A stretch of 64,000 bases of DNA from Spirochaetia bacterium (GTDB lineage: Bacteria > Spirochaetota > Spirochaetia > DSM-2461), in NCBI GenBank assembly GCA_963666985.2, contig CAXXIA010000002.1:1760001-1824000 (forward strand). Direction: 5' to 3'. This document shows positions 1 to 10,930 of this stretch, piece by piece. Position 1 is the first letter of the stretch. Each line of letters opens with the position of its first letter. The notes beneath the pieces are model-generated. The model saw only the letters and a program-made list of their open reading frames with translations, was not told the origin of the DNA and made no database searches. The translations under genes were made by a program, and so were the position numbers.

Positions 1-1187
1 TCTACAACTGTCCCTTTTGGACCGAAGCGATACCGGAAAATAATCTTGAGAAACGCATGATTGTAACTTCCGCCTATGCGGATCCGGGAGGCTTGGGAAA
101 AATAATAACGCTCTCCTGCCCCGTGATGGCCAATGGAGTTTTTCGCGGAGTTACATGCATGGATATTACCTTGGGAACTCTGAACAGAAGCCTTACCTTG
201 GGGAGCAGTTTTGGGAAAACATCGGTATTCGATGAAGGATTGAATGAAATTTTCAGCAATTCGAAGCTCATTTTCCATAAGGCCGGAGAAACAAAGAACT
301 TTTGGGGCGAGTTCTCCGGAAACTACAATTCGCGGGAAAAACACTTTGTATTCAACCATTATCTGGTTAATCGGGAATTGCTTCTTCAGCACACACTGTC
401 CAATTCTCTTCTGATGCGAAAAGCATTGGAAAAAATCATGTCCTCCATTTTGAACTTTGTCGCCGTTATCATCCTGCTGTTTTTATTGTTCCACTTGTAC
501 CTTCATCTTCATCATACCCGGGAAGAAACAATTTTCATCCGCAGGCTGATTCGAATTATCGGACACGACCTTCAAACTCCCTTATCCGTGTCTCTTCAGG
601 CATTGGAAATGTTGGAAAATGAATATATTCCGGAAGCGGCGACTCTGGCGAAACAATCGCTTTCTTCGGCCGTGCTTCTTCTGCGGGATCTTTCCTTTTG
701 GGGAAAAAGCCGGACGAAAGAAATCAAGGTGAATAAACTTTCCTATCCTATAAACACCGCCGTGGAGCAGGCCGTAAATCCTGTTCGTTCCATAACGGAA
801 ATGAAAAAGATCACTCTTGAACTTCACTTGGAGGATTCCGCAATTGAATTGGATCAGAATATTTTTTCCACCGTTTTGCGAAATTTAGTTTCCAACGCGG
901 CCAAATTTACTCCGGCCGAAGGAAGGATTGTCATTTCCGGACACACAGGAAAAAAAGGTCTTTATTTGCTCTCCGTCAAAGACAGCGGTGTCGGCATGAG
1001 GGAAGATCAAATTCATGACTTTAGAAAGAACAAGTCTCTTAAAAGCGAAGCGGGAACCCGCGGCGAGAAAGGAACCGGCTTCGGTTTAAGTCTGGTTCGT
1101 TCTCTTTGTTCCCAGGTCGGCTGGCCGATCAGCGTTGAGAGCGTTCCAAACGAAGGAACCGTTTTTACGATTGCGATTCCGAAGTGA
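1..1187 (+). CDS. Sensor histidine kinase (5' end outside window; Cache-like sensor, TM helix, HisKA, HATPase)
   Basis: Frame open to window start; H-box GHDLQTPL, N-box NLVSNAAKF, G-boxes DSGVG and GTGFGL. Confidence 0.9.
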   Translation, partial: YNCPFWTEAIPENNLEKRMIVTSAYADPGGLGKIITLSCPVMANGVFRGVTCMDITLGTLNRSLTLGSSFGKTSVFDEGLNEIFSNSKLIFHKAGETKNFWGEFSGNYNSREKHFVFNHYLVNRELLLQHTLSNSLLMRKALEKIMSSILNFVAVIILLFLLFHLYLHLHHTREETIFIRRLIRIIGHDLQTPLSVSLQALEMLENEYIPEAATLAKQSLSSAVLLLRDLSFWGKSRTKEIKVNKLSYPINTAVEQAVNPVRSITEMKKITLELHLEDSAIELDQNIFSTVLRNLVSNAAKFTPAEGRIVISGHTGKKGLYLLSVKDSGVGMREDQIHDFRKNKSLKSEAGTRGEKGTGFGLSLVRSLCSQVGWPISVESVPNEGTVFTIAIPK

Positions 1188-1239
1188 AGAATCCCGGCGA
1201 CGCCTTGATTTCCCCGAAGCCCGGACGTACTTTAATGCC

Positions 1240-1848
1240 ATGAATCAATTCGGAAGGCAGCGAAGCGTCTCGTTTATACTGGTGGCGATCAACGTTGCCG
1301 TTTTTTTTATTACGTATCTTGTTCCCCGTTTAACGGCTTACATGGCCATTTCTCCCGTAGGTCTTCTGCGGTACCATTTTTTCTGGACGCCGCTGACCTA
1401 TATGTTCGCCCACGGAGGCTTCACCCACATCCTGTTCAACATGATCTTCCTGATCTTCGTGGGACCCGGCGTGGAGGCGCGGATGGGCAGCCGGGAGTTT
1501 CTGGCTTACTACCTGATTACGGGCGTTCTCGCGGGTCTTTTTTCAGTCTTCGCTTATCTCTTTGCCGGCTACAACGTCCCCATCGTGGGAGCTTCCGGTG
1601 CGCTTTATGCCGTGATGCTCGCCTTCGCCGCGTACTTTCCTCAGGCCCGATTCATGGTGTTTTACGTTCTGCCGATGCGGGCTCCTCTCGCGCTGGCCCT
1701 GTTCGCCGCCATCGACATTGTGTCGCATCTTCGCGGCGGAGTCGGCGTTGCGCATCTGACGCACCTGAGCGGTCTTGCCTTCGGATATCTGTATTTCCTG
1801 ATTCGGCTGAAGATGAATCCGATTCGGGCCATGAGGCTGCGGCGCTGA
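1240..1848 (+). CDS. Rhomboid family intramembrane serine protease
   Basis: Motifs HILFNM, GASGA (catalytic Ser), AHLTHLSG; hydrophobic helices. Confidence 0.92.
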   Translation: MNQFGRQRSVSFILVAINVAVFFITYLVPRLTAYMAISPVGLLRYHFFWTPLTYMFAHGGFTHILFNMIFLIFVGPGVEARMGSREFLAYYLITGVLAGLFSVFAYLFAGYNVPIVGASGALYAVMLAFAAYFPQARFMVFYVLPMRAPLALALFAAIDIVSHLRGGVGVAHLTHLSGLAFGYLYFLIRLKMNPIRAMRLRR

Positions 1849-1871
1849 AAAAACCGGCGGCCGCGGCGATC

Positions 1872-2522
1872 TTGGCCCTCGCCGTCGCGGCGACGGTTTC
1901 CGCCGAACCTCTTCGGCTGGAATTCTGGCTTCAGGAGGACCCCGTTTCTCTGGTGAGCCCCGGCGAAAGCAAACGCGAACCGGGTGAACTTTCCGAGCGG
2001 GAACGCCGGCAGTATGAAATTCTTCTTGACGACGCCCGCTGGACTTTTTCAGGGATGATTTACGGATTTGATATCCGCTGGACTCCCTCCTCGCGGGCCC
2101 GTGATGTTGAGGAAGAACTCACCGTAACGCCTCGGGCCCTTATTCCCAAGGAAGATTTTCGGATGAGGGCGGTTTCCTTTATCGAGGAAAACGGCTTTGT
2201 TTTCGTTCAGTTGGAATATCATCCCGACGACACGCAGGCGCGCCGAATTCAGGCCTGGAAGGGCGGGGGAAATCCGCAGGCCTCGGGATACGGTTCCGCC
2301 TCGATCTTTTTGGACAATTCCCGCCGCGCCGCCATGGAGCAGGCGATTAAAGAAGCGATTCGCGCCTGGCTTCGAGCCCGTGAATATAACAGACCGCGGG
2401 AAATTGAAGGGCGGGCGGCGTTTGTTTCGGCCCCCGAGACCGGTTTTCTGAGAGGAGAAACCCGGGCTTACGTAAATTTGAGCATGAGCCTGGAGCCTCC
2501 GCGGGCCTACCGCGCCGACTGA
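1872..2522 (+). CDS. Hypothetical exported protein
   Basis: 216-aa ORF directly after rhomboid, signal-peptide-like N-terminus; start uncertain. Confidence 0.6.
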   Translation: MALAVAATVSAEPLRLEFWLQEDPVSLVSPGESKREPGELSERERRQYEILLDDARWTFSGMIYGFDIRWTPSSRARDVEEELTVTPRALIPKEDFRMRAVSFIEENGFVFVQLEYHPDDTQARRIQAWKGGGNPQASGYGSASIFLDNSRRAAMEQAIKEAIRAWLRAREYNRPREIEGRAAFVSAPETGFLRGETRAYVNLSMSLEPPRAYRAD

Positions 2523-2926
2523 TTCTTTCCGTTTTACCGAATTCGGCCGCCGTTAAGATTGAATTTCTCATATTCCGCGAGATTTCAGCACCTTATCCAT
2601 CGTTTGGAAGAAGAACGATAAAGAATCGGAAAAGAAAGAAGACGACTTTTTCGTTCCCTTTGGCGGTTTCTCGAAAAAAAACCATAAATCAAGAATACTT
2701 TAGGCTTTGTCAGCTCTCCCGTGTCGGAAAAAACCATTGCTGTTTGGTATATAGCTACTAGTGTGGAATAACCAGGTAAAAATAAGTTGCGGTTTTAGTT
2801 GAACCGAACACATTTCTTCCTGAAAAGGCCGCAAATTAACCTTGTTTTATTTTGACGGATCTTATAATTTGTCAAAATAAAGGTGTTATACGCGGCGGGC
2901 GGCTGCTGCGTATTCGGGAGGTCGAA

Positions 2927-3151
2927 ATGAGACGTGGTATACCGACGATCAATTCGGAACGCTGCAAAGGCTGCGGCCTCTGTATCTCCAACTGTCCCAA
3001 GTCGATTTTGGTTAAATCGGAAGACATCAATTCTCAAGGCGCCTATTACACCCTCTGTATTGATGAAAACCGGTGCATTGCCTGCGGGGCATGCGCTTTG
3101 ATGTGTCCCGATTCGGCCATTGAAATTTTCGTTCCGGCGGAGGCTGTTTAA
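2927..3151 (+). CDS. 4Fe-4S ferredoxin subunit of 2-oxoacid:ferredoxin oxidoreductase
   Basis: Two CxxCxxCxxxCP motifs; GGAGG RBS before ATG 2927. Confidence 0.92.
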   Translation: MRRGIPTINSERCKGCGLCISNCPKSILVKSEDINSQGAYYTLCIDENRCIACGACALMCPDSAIEIFVPAEAV

Positions 3152-4230
3152 TGTCGCGAGTTGTTTTAATGAAAGGAAACGAGGCCTTGGCCGAAGCGGC
3201 GCTGATAGCCGGCTGCCGACATTATTTCGCGTATCCGATAACGCCGCAGAATGAGATTCCGGCGTACATGGCCCGGCGCCTGCCGGAGCTCGGCGGAACC
3301 TTTCTTCAGGCCGAAAGCGAATTGGCCGCCATCAGCATGGTTATGGGGGCCGCCGCCGCCGGGGTGCGGGTTATGACCAGTTCTTCATCGCCGGGAATTG
3401 CTCTGAAACAGGAAGGAATTTCCTATCTGGCCGGAGCGGAACTTCCGTGCGTCGTGGTGAATGTTATGCGCGGCGGACCCGGACTGGGCGGCATCGCCGG
3501 AGCCCAGGGTGATTATTTTCAAGCCACCCGCGGCGGCGGAAACGGGGATTATCGGACCATTGTGCTCACACCCGGCAGCGCTCAGGAATTGGCCGATTTC
3601 ACCATCCGCGCTTTCGACTTGGCCGACGAATACCGCATTCCGGTTTTGATTCTGGCCGACGGATACCTCGGGCAGATGTCCGAGCCGTTAAGGCTTCCCG
3701 AACCGTCGGGACGTATTTTCGAAAAGCCCTGGGCCGTTACCGGCGCCAAGGGACGAAAGAAAAATACCATTGCTTCACTGCGGCTTATCCCGGAGACGGC
3801 TCTGGAAGACCACAACCTGCACCTTAAGAAAAAATACGATGAGGTTGCCGAGGCGGTTCGGGATTTCGAAACGTACCGAACCGGGGATGCCGATTGGCTG
3901 ATTGTCGCTTACGGGACCGCCGCCCGGGTGGCGAGAAAGGCCGTCGACCGTTTGCGGGCGGATGGGATTCGGGCCGGCCTGTTCCGGCCCAAAGCCGTCT
4001 GGCCTTTCCCCGACAGGGAATTAAAAGAGCTGGCCGAACGCGCAAGGCGTGTTTTGACGGTGGAAATGAGTCTTGGTCAGCTTGTCGAGGATGTCCGCCT
4101 GGCGGTGGAAGGCATCGTCGGGGTTGACCTTTACGGCCGGGCCGGAGGCGCCGTTCCCGCCGTGGACGAGATTATCGGAAGAGTGAGGGATTATGAGCGG
4201 CAAAACTACGCCCATGTACGCGCGTCCTGA
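3151..4230 (+). CDS. vorB: 2-oxoacid:ferredoxin oxidoreductase alpha subunit (VorB-like)
   Basis: MKGNEA, YPITPQ, QAESE, SSSPG motifs. Confidence 0.88.
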   Translation: MSRVVLMKGNEALAEAALIAGCRHYFAYPITPQNEIPAYMARRLPELGGTFLQAESELAAISMVMGAAAAGVRVMTSSSSPGIALKQEGISYLAGAELPCVVVNVMRGGPGLGGIAGAQGDYFQATRGGGNGDYRTIVLTPGSAQELADFTIRAFDLADEYRIPVLILADGYLGQMSEPLRLPEPSGRIFEKPWAVTGAKGRKKNTIASLRLIPETALEDHNLHLKKKYDEVAEAVRDFETYRTGDADWLIVAYGTAARVARKAVDRLRADGIRAGLFRPKAVWPFPDRELKELAERARRVLTVEMSLGQLVEDVRLAVEGIVGVDLYGRAGGAVPAVDEIIGRVRDYERQNYAHVRAS

Positions 4231-5050
4231 AGCATTAAAGGATGTCAGAACCCATTACTGCGCCGGCTGCGGCCACGGGATCATTCAAAAACTGGTTGCC
4301 GAAGCCCTGGATGAGCTCGGCGTACGGGAAGAGACGATTGTCATCGGCCCGGTGGGGTGCTCGGTTCTGATTTACAACTATCTTGAGGTTGACGGTCTTG
4401 AGGCCGCTCACGGCCGGGCTCCTGCCGTGGCCACGGGATTGAAGCGGGCCAGACCCGACAAGCTGGTTATTTCCTATCAGGGCGACGGTGATTTACTGGC
4501 GATCGGCACGGGAGAAACGGTTCATGCCGCGAATCGCGGAGAAAACATTTCGGTGATTTTCGTGAACAACGCCATCTACGGAATGACCGGCGGCCAAATG
4601 GCTCCCACGACCTTGGAGGGACAGAAAACCAAAACGTCTCCGGCCGGACGAAATCCTCTTGATGTGGGATTTCCGATAAGGGCCTGCGAAATGCTGGATA
4701 CTCTGGAGGCTCCGGCCTATATCGAACGTGTTTCCGTTCATAATCCGGCGGCCGTGAGGAAGGCGAAAAAGGCCGTATCCAAAGCCTTGCGCTATCAGAT
4801 GGAGGGCCGGGGGTATTCCTTCGTGGAAGTGCTTTCCATGTGTCCCACCAACTGGGGGATTGATCCGGTGCGGGCGGCCGAGTGGGTAAAGGATGCCATG
4901 ATTCCCTGGTATCCCCTGAATGTTTTTCGGGACAGGCCCGCGGCGGAATCGGGTGAGGCCGCAGCGCCGGCAGGCGGGGGCGCAAGCGCGGGCGTTCGCG
5001 CCGAATCGGCGAAGAATAACGGTTTTGCCGTTGAGGAAAAAGCATCATGA
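4193..5050 (+). CDS. 2-oxoacid:ferredoxin oxidoreductase beta (TPP-binding) subunit
   Basis: HYCAGCGHG, GDGD TPP motif, NNAIYGMTGGQ. Confidence 0.92.
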   Translation: MSGKTTPMYARPEALKDVRTHYCAGCGHGIIQKLVAEALDELGVREETIVIGPVGCSVLIYNYLEVDGLEAAHGRAPAVATGLKRARPDKLVISYQGDGDLLAIGTGETVHAANRGENISVIFVNNAIYGMTGGQMAPTTLEGQKTKTSPAGRNPLDVGFPIRACEMLDTLEAPAYIERVSVHNPAAVRKAKKAVSKALRYQMEGRGYSFVEVLSMCPTNWGIDPVRAAEWVKDAMIPWYPLNVFRDRPAAESGEAAAPAGGGASAGVRAESAKNNGFAVEEKAS

Positions 5051-5607
5051 GCGATACGGAAGAAATCATTATCGCCGGTTTCGGCGGTCAGGGAGTGCTC
5101 CTGGCCGGAAAGCTTCTCTGTGTCGCGGCGATGAGGGAGGAGCGGCATGTTTCTCACATTCCTTCTTACGGCGCGGAGATGCGCGGCGGAACCGCCAACT
5201 GTTCCCTCGTTATCAGCGACGAAGAGATCGCGTCCCCTGTTATCGAACATCCCGGAGTTCTTATCGCCCTGAACGGGCCGTCGCTGGCCAAGTTCGAACC
5301 GAGAATCCGTCCGGGGGGGCTGGTGATCTGGAATGCGTCTTTAATAACGAAGGCGCCGAGCCGATCGGATCTAACGAGTGTCGGACTGAAGGCGACGGAC
5401 TTGTCCTTGGCGGAGGGTACCGAAAGAGGAGCCAACATGGCCGCCGTCGGTGCTTTATTGGCGCTGAAGCCGGACCTGGTTTCCCGTGCGGCGGTTGAAT
5501 CGGCGCTGGATGAGGTGATTTCCGCGAGGAACCGGAGTCATAATCCCGTGAATATTCGGATTCTGCGGGCCGGATACGAGGCGGCGGCGAACACCGTCGC
5601 CGTTTGA
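5047..5607 (+). CDS. 2-oxoacid:ferredoxin oxidoreductase gamma subunit
   Basis: AGFGGQG and PSYGAEMRGG motifs; ATGA overlap with beta subunit. Confidence 0.92.
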   Translation: MSDTEEIIIAGFGGQGVLLAGKLLCVAAMREERHVSHIPSYGAEMRGGTANCSLVISDEEIASPVIEHPGVLIALNGPSLAKFEPRIRPGGLVIWNASLITKAPSRSDLTSVGLKATDLSLAEGTERGANMAAVGALLALKPDLVSRAAVESALDEVISARNRSHNPVNIRILRAGYEAAANTVAV

Positions 5608-5736
5608 AGCGCGGAGCCGGCCGATTCCGAAAGCGGGTTTTTCAGACTCCGCGGGCTAAGGTTCACCGAGGTTTCTCTGAAAGAGCCTTTAGCAGACTGT
5701 TGGAGAGCCGGGCTTTTCAGGCGACCGGAAAACACA

Positions 5737-6267
5737 CTATTCCAAGGCCCCGGCTTTGCGCAGCATTCTGAGCATTGACTCGTCCCGCGTGTAACGGTCC
5801 AGTTCCTTGATGGGAATCCATTTCAGATCATCCGATTCATGGCTGATCGTCAAAGGCCGATTCGAATCCGCGAAAAAGAGAAAACGGACATCATAATGAT
5901 CGTGAGTGCTTTCCTTGCCCCGCACCGGAATGGGATGAATATCCAAATCCAGAATTGGCGTCTCGGCTCGGCAGTCCCTCAGACCTGTTTCTTCTTCCGC
6001 CTCCCGGAGGGCCGCGGCTAAAAGGTTCGGGTTACCGTCCGCATGACCGCCGGGCTGCACCCAGAGACCCAGCTTGCGGTGCTTAACCAGCAGCACGAGA
6101 CTCCGTGAGTCATCCAGAATAAGCGAGGATGCGGTAAAATGGCCGGGACGGCAAGTTCGCCAGAAAGCATCCGGTTGTTCCAAGAGACGCCGGAATCGGG
6201 CAATCACGTTCGATTCTTCGGGATAGGTCCGTTCGTATTGATTCAGAGCATCCGGCAGAGTTTGCAT
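5737..6267 (-). CDS. NUDIX hydrolase
   Basis: Nudix box GGHADG...AALREAEEETGL. Confidence 0.92.
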   Translation of the reverse strand: MQTLPDALNQYERTYPEESNVIARFRRLLEQPDAFWRTCRPGHFTASSLILDDSRSLVLLVKHRKLGLWVQPGGHADGNPNLLAAALREAEEETGLRDCRAETPILDLDIHPIPVRGKESTHDHYDVRFLFFADSNRPLTISHESDDLKWIPIKELDRYTRDESMLRMLRKAGALE

Positions 6268-6275
6268 CAGTGTCC

Positions 6276-7211
6276 TTAATCGAAAATTTCCGCTGAGAAT
6301 GATACTAAAAAGAGCGTATCCCGATACAGATAGAGTTCGTCGCGAACTTGAACATACCGATTGACCGCGTCGATGTGACCGACATACAGATTCTCAAACT
6401 CCGAGGCCAAACCGATTTTTTTCGTCATGGCGATCGCACCCACGATGAAATCTTCCATTCCGACATTGACCGGCCCGTGAAAGCGGTTTTCACCGCCGTA
6501 TCCCAGTATGCCCAAGCCGCCGGCGCCGTCGGAGAGAAGCATTAAATGAACTTCTCGGTTCGCGGGCCAATGCACCGTTTCACCGTCTTTAAGCGCCATG
6601 GGAACCCAATGGTTGAAGACCAGATCTTTGTTCGCCTCGGCACGCTGCAGAATAAGCCCTTCGGAATCAGGCATTGCTTCGGGAACCAGACGGATTTTCC
6701 GCACGGCGGCGTTTTCCGCGGGATTATCGCCTTTCTTGTTCGCTTCCGCCGCGGTGCCGTCGGAATCGGTGTGTTTTGCCGCTTCGCTTCCGCATGCGAT
6801 CGCCTCGTCATCTTCTTCGGCGGAAAAGGCCAGAAAGGCCCCTTCAAGGGGAATCTCGGGCCGTCCGCTTAAAAGACTCATACTGAGCCGATTGCCTTGA
6901 GCCGACCATTCGTTTCCCGTCGCCGTATCCAGGTTTATAAGGAAGAGCTTTCCGTCCGAACCGAGATGAAAGCCCCGATAATCAGGATGGTTTTTCGGTT
7001 TCTTATCGGGAGAATCCGGAATAATCCACGTCGTTCCCGCCCAGTTTATCGAAACGGGTTTTCTTTCGGGAAGCGGAGCCGCCGCGGGAGGCGGTTCCGG
7101 AAGTTCTTCGGACGGCTCTTCAACACCGGCGCAGGATGATAACAGCGAGGAAAGGCCGATGGCCGCGGCGAAGAAAACCCGGAATAAGGCGTGAATCGGA
7201 TTCTTTTTCAT
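6276..7211 (-). CDS. Putative lipoprotein with C-terminal META-like domain
   Basis: MKK-start signal with lipobox LSSC; C-terminal GYGGENRFHG...AMTKK pattern. Confidence 0.65.
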   Translation of the reverse strand: MKKNPIHALFRVFFAAAIGLSSLLSSCAGVEEPSEELPEPPPAAAPLPERKPVSINWAGTTWIIPDSPDKKPKNHPDYRGFHLGSDGKLFLINLDTATGNEWSAQGNRLSMSLLSGRPEIPLEGAFLAFSAEEDDEAIACGSEAAKHTDSDGTAAEANKKGDNPAENAAVRKIRLVPEAMPDSEGLILQRAEANKDLVFNHWVPMALKDGETVHWPANREVHLMLLSDGAGGLGILGYGGENRFHGPVNVGMEDFIVGAIAMTKKIGLASEFENLYVGHIDAVNRYVQVRDELYLYRDTLFLVSFSAEIFD

Positions 7212-7438
7212 GGTTCCATTATCGGCAATGAGGTGCTTGAGAACAGTGCCGGCCGAACCGGATTTTCGCGGGATTGCCGTTCCGGGAATGCCCGCGGTCT
7301 TGCAGGTTCGGCCGGCGGGTTTGAGAATTTTTTTCCAGGCGCTCATCTGGATTACGCGGCGCTTAGCGCCGATTTGGGCCGACGGCAGCCGCCGTCCGCC
7401 GAAAGATATCGGCCGAAGGCGGTCCGTTGAAAAAAGAA

Positions 7439-8632
7439 TCACGCGCCTTTACGAATTACGTCGGCCAAAACCTTAACGGCGTTTCTTAACGTTTGCGGAT
7501 CGGCTTTTGTAAAATTCAGGCGCATCGACGGCGTTCCGAACTCAGGGTAAGCATAGAAATACTTCCCGGGTACGAAGGCGACATTCTTTTCAAGCGCCTC
7601 GGCGTACAGGGCACCGATGTCGGTTCCTTGAGGCCCCTCGGCCCAGACGAACATTCCGCCTTCCGGGCGGCTCCAACTCCAATCCGTCGGGAAGAATTCC
7701 TCCAGAGCGGAAAGCATGGAATCCAGCCGAGGTGCGTAATGGGCGACAATTTTCGGCAGCCGGCGTTCAAGGTGACCCTGTTCCATGTAGACCGCCGCCA
7801 TGGCCTGCCCGAGCGAGGAGGAATGAAGGTCGGTTCCCTGCTTCACTTTCACCATCCAGGTGGTCAGCTCTTCATTCGGCGCCGCGACCATGCCGAGACG
7901 CAGCCCCGGCGCAAAGATTTTGGAGAATGTCGTGGTGTACAGAACGTTTTGCGGCGCGAAGCTTTTAATCGCCGGAAGAGCTTCGCCGCGGTATCGTAAA
8001 GCGGCGTAAGGATCATCTTCAACCAGAAGGGCGCCGTGCCGCATTATAATTTCCGCGATGGCCTTACGCCGTTCCAAGGAAAGCGTTCGGCCTGTCGGGT
8101 TTTGGAACGTCGGCACCAAGTAGATGAATTTCGGGTGTTCGGTAAGGATTAAGTGTTCGATGGAATCAGGGACGGCGCCACCCTCATCGGTTTCGATCTC
8201 CACGTACCGGGGTTCGTAGGGATTGAACGCCTGGAGCGCGCCCAGGTATGTGGGTGATTCCACGGCCACCGCGTCGCCGCCGCCGATGAGCAGCTTGCCG
8301 ACTGCATCCAGCGTTCCTTGCGATCCGGAGGTAATCAGGAGTCCCGCCGCGTTCGTTTCCACGCCGTAACGCCGCAGATAAGGCGCCGCGGCTTCCCGAA
8401 GAGGGAGAAATCCTTCGGTCAAACCGTACTGGAACGCTTCGGATCCCCATCGGTTCAGCGACTCGGTGAAGAGATCTTCCAGGATTTCCATCGGGAATGT
8501 TTCGGGAGCGGGGATGCCGCCGGCAAGAGAAACCATGCCCGGCCGTCCGACAACCTTCAATATTTCTCGGATGGCGCTGGCGGCCATGGAGTTTGTTCGT
8601 GATGCGAGAAGAGAGGAAATATCCGGTTTCAT
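7439..8632 (-). CDS. PLP-dependent aminotransferase class I/II (LysN-like)
   Basis: SLAGGIP, PTFQNPTG, EDDPY, TFSKIFAPGLRLG. Confidence 0.92.
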   Translation of the reverse strand: MKPDISSLLASRTNSMAASAIREILKVVGRPGMVSLAGGIPAPETFPMEILEDLFTESLNRWGSEAFQYGLTEGFLPLREAAAPYLRRYGVETNAAGLLITSGSQGTLDAVGKLLIGGGDAVAVESPTYLGALQAFNPYEPRYVEIETDEGGAVPDSIEHLILTEHPKFIYLVPTFQNPTGRTLSLERRKAIAEIIMRHGALLVEDDPYAALRYRGEALPAIKSFAPQNVLYTTTFSKIFAPGLRLGMVAAPNEELTTWMVKVKQGTDLHSSSLGQAMAAVYMEQGHLERRLPKIVAHYAPRLDSMLSALEEFFPTDWSWSRPEGGMFVWAEGPQGTDIGALYAEALEKNVAFVPGKYFYAYPEFGTPSMRLNFTKADPQTLRNAVKVLADVIRKGA

Positions 8633-8807
8633 GATGGGATTCTACAAAGGAAGAAAGAGCGAGGGAAGAGTCAGTTCCGCGGCGAATTTCACATAAAGTG
8701 TTTGAACCTCAAAGTAACCCGTTCGTGCCGGCGGCGGTTCTCAATTCCCGATTAGGACGGCTTTTCTTTCTGTCCGCGAAAGGCCGGCCATGGGAAAATT
8801 CTCTCGT

Positions 8808-9485
8808 TTATTGAGCCAAAGAGGCTTGGGACAAGAGCCGGATATCCTCGATGTTCAGTCCGATTTTTTTCTGCAGTTCGGACGAGGCATCCCGGATAAC
8901 GGCGTTATGGGTGAAATTGATCCCCACGGGGTTTTCGGTTTTATGGGCCGGATAAAAGATGAAGGCAAAATCATCGGGAACCAAAGTTTCTTCGAACATC
9001 CGGAGCGGATTTCCCGGTTCGCCGAGAAATGTTCCTTTACCGATGCCGCCGGTAATATAACGGTTGTCCAGTAAGGCTCTCGGCAGGTCTTGTTGAATTC
9101 GTTGACCGAGAGATACGGCTTTTTCCATGTTTTTGTCCAAATCTCCCGAGGAGAGGGCGGCTTTCACGTCGTTTTGATCAAGAATTCGCGAAACCTGATA
9201 GGGCGAGAAATCGGGCGGAATGGAAACCGCTATGAAGCCCGCGGCCGCGATGCCGAAAAGAGCCGAGGTCCATTCTGTTCGTGAATCGGGATGAACGGCG
9301 ATACGGTCGCCTTTTTGCAGTTTCAGAGCAAGGAACCAGGAACTCCATGCCGCCGCCTCTGTAAGCAAATGTGTATAGGTATATAAGGATGGAACGGCCG
9401 CGCATAAGGCCGGACGATCCGGCCATCTTTCGGCGGAGAGTAATAAAACATCCCGGAGAGTCAGTCGTAGGGAAGTCTGGGTCAT
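8808..9485 (-). pseudogene. Truncated/degenerate AMP-binding (acyl-CoA synthetase-like) protein
   Basis: GDRIA motif; degenerate FIFYPAHKTENPVG where YTSGTTGxPKG is expected; stops shortly after. Confidence 0.55.
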
Positions 9486-9910
9486 AAACGGTTTTTCTCC
9501 TTGATGCGAATTCACAAATCGCCGAATTCTGAACGGAAGCCCTTCAAAAGCGATTTCGGAAGGAATTCGATCATGGGATATATGCAAATTCATCATTTGT
9601 AAAATTGCCTTCTTTATCCGCGTTGCCTGATTCGTAAAGGTAGCGGCGGTAATGGTTTCCTTAATTAAGAAATGAGGGGATTTGTGTGTGTCTTTTATGA
9701 ATTCCGTTTGTTTCCGTAAAGACACCCCTTCATATAAAGGGGTTAATATAGAGAAAGCGTGATTTTGCGCGCTTATCAAACACAAATTCGGAGAAACCGG
9801 AGATTCCGGCCGTTAAAAACCTTGCGGGACGAACTCCGGCCGCGGATAAACGTGTTTGTGCCGTTTTTTACGGATGCCGGGATGGTTTATACTCTGAAGC
9901 GGAGGTTTTC

Positions 9911-10798
9911 ATGCGTCCCGTTTCCATTCAAAGACATTACATTAAAAATCCCGCCGGTTCCTGCCTGGTTTCATTCGGGGATACGAAAGTGATCTGTACG
10001 TGCAGCGTTTCCGAGGGAGCACCGCCTTTTTTGAAATCAGGCGGCTGGCTCACGGCCGAATACGCCATGCTTCCCGGGAGCGTCTCCGGCGGCAGAAAAA
10101 AGAGAGACGGGGCGAAAAAGGACGGACGGTCAGTGGAGATTCAGCGTCTTATCGGACGCAGCCTTCGTGCGGCCGTAAACTTGGCCGCTCTTCCCGAGGT
10201 GACTCTGACCGTCGACTGTGATGTTCTGCAGGCCGACGGCGGTACGCGAACGGCCGCCATCAGCGGAGGATGGGTTGCTCTGATGGATGCGCTGGCGACT
10301 TTGGCCGCGGCTCAAACGGCGTCAACGCAAAACGCGGCAACTCAAGACGCGGCGGAACGGAGCATGCCTCTTGATTCGAGTTCCGCAGCCGCCGCCGCTT
10401 TATCGCCGAGTGTTCCGGGAACAGCGAAGGGAAACGCATCCGCCGCGGGTCTCTCTTCTTCTGCGGCTTCTTCGGCCGCCGCTTCCGGCGGTCTTCTTTC
10501 CTTCGATGCGAACGACCCCCGCGCCCGCATTCCCGGCGAATGGCTTCTGGGCCGCGTGGCCGCGGTAAGCGTCGGGATTGTCGGCGGCGAGATTGTCTGT
10601 GATCTGGACTTTAAGGCGGATCAGAACGCCGAGGTGGATATGAACGTGGTAACCCGGGACGGCGTTTACGTGGAACTCCAGGGAACCGGCGAGAAAGGTG
10701 TTTTCGACAAAAAGAGCCTGGACGCCCTGCTCGCGGCCGCCGATGAGGGGTTGGCCGTTATCGCCGCCGCTCAGGATAAGGCGCTCGGCGGTTTTTAA
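9911..10798 (+). CDS. rph: Ribonuclease PH (with Ala/Ser-rich insertion)
   Basis: GWLTAEYAMLP, GRSVEIQRLIGRSLR, DVLQADGGTRTAAI, ELQGTGE. Confidence 0.95.
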   Translation: MRPVSIQRHYIKNPAGSCLVSFGDTKVICTCSVSEGAPPFLKSGGWLTAEYAMLPGSVSGGRKKRDGAKKDGRSVEIQRLIGRSLRAAVNLAALPEVTLTVDCDVLQADGGTRTAAISGGWVALMDALATLAAAQTASTQNAATQDAAERSMPLDSSSAAAAALSPSVPGTAKGNASAAGLSSSAASSAAASGGLLSFDANDPRARIPGEWLLGRVAAVSVGIVGGEIVCDLDFKADQNAEVDMNVVTRDGVYVELQGTGEKGVFDKKSLDALLAAADEGLAVIAAAQDKALGGF

Positions 10799-10930
10799 GA
10801 ATCAAAACCCGATATTCGCGTTCCAGAAAACGCGTTTTTTTCGGCGCGCAAAAAAAGATTCTCAACGCTCTTGTTTCATCACCGCCCGGGCGGGGCTGTG
10901 TTTACGGCCGGAAAAAAGGATAATGAGGGC

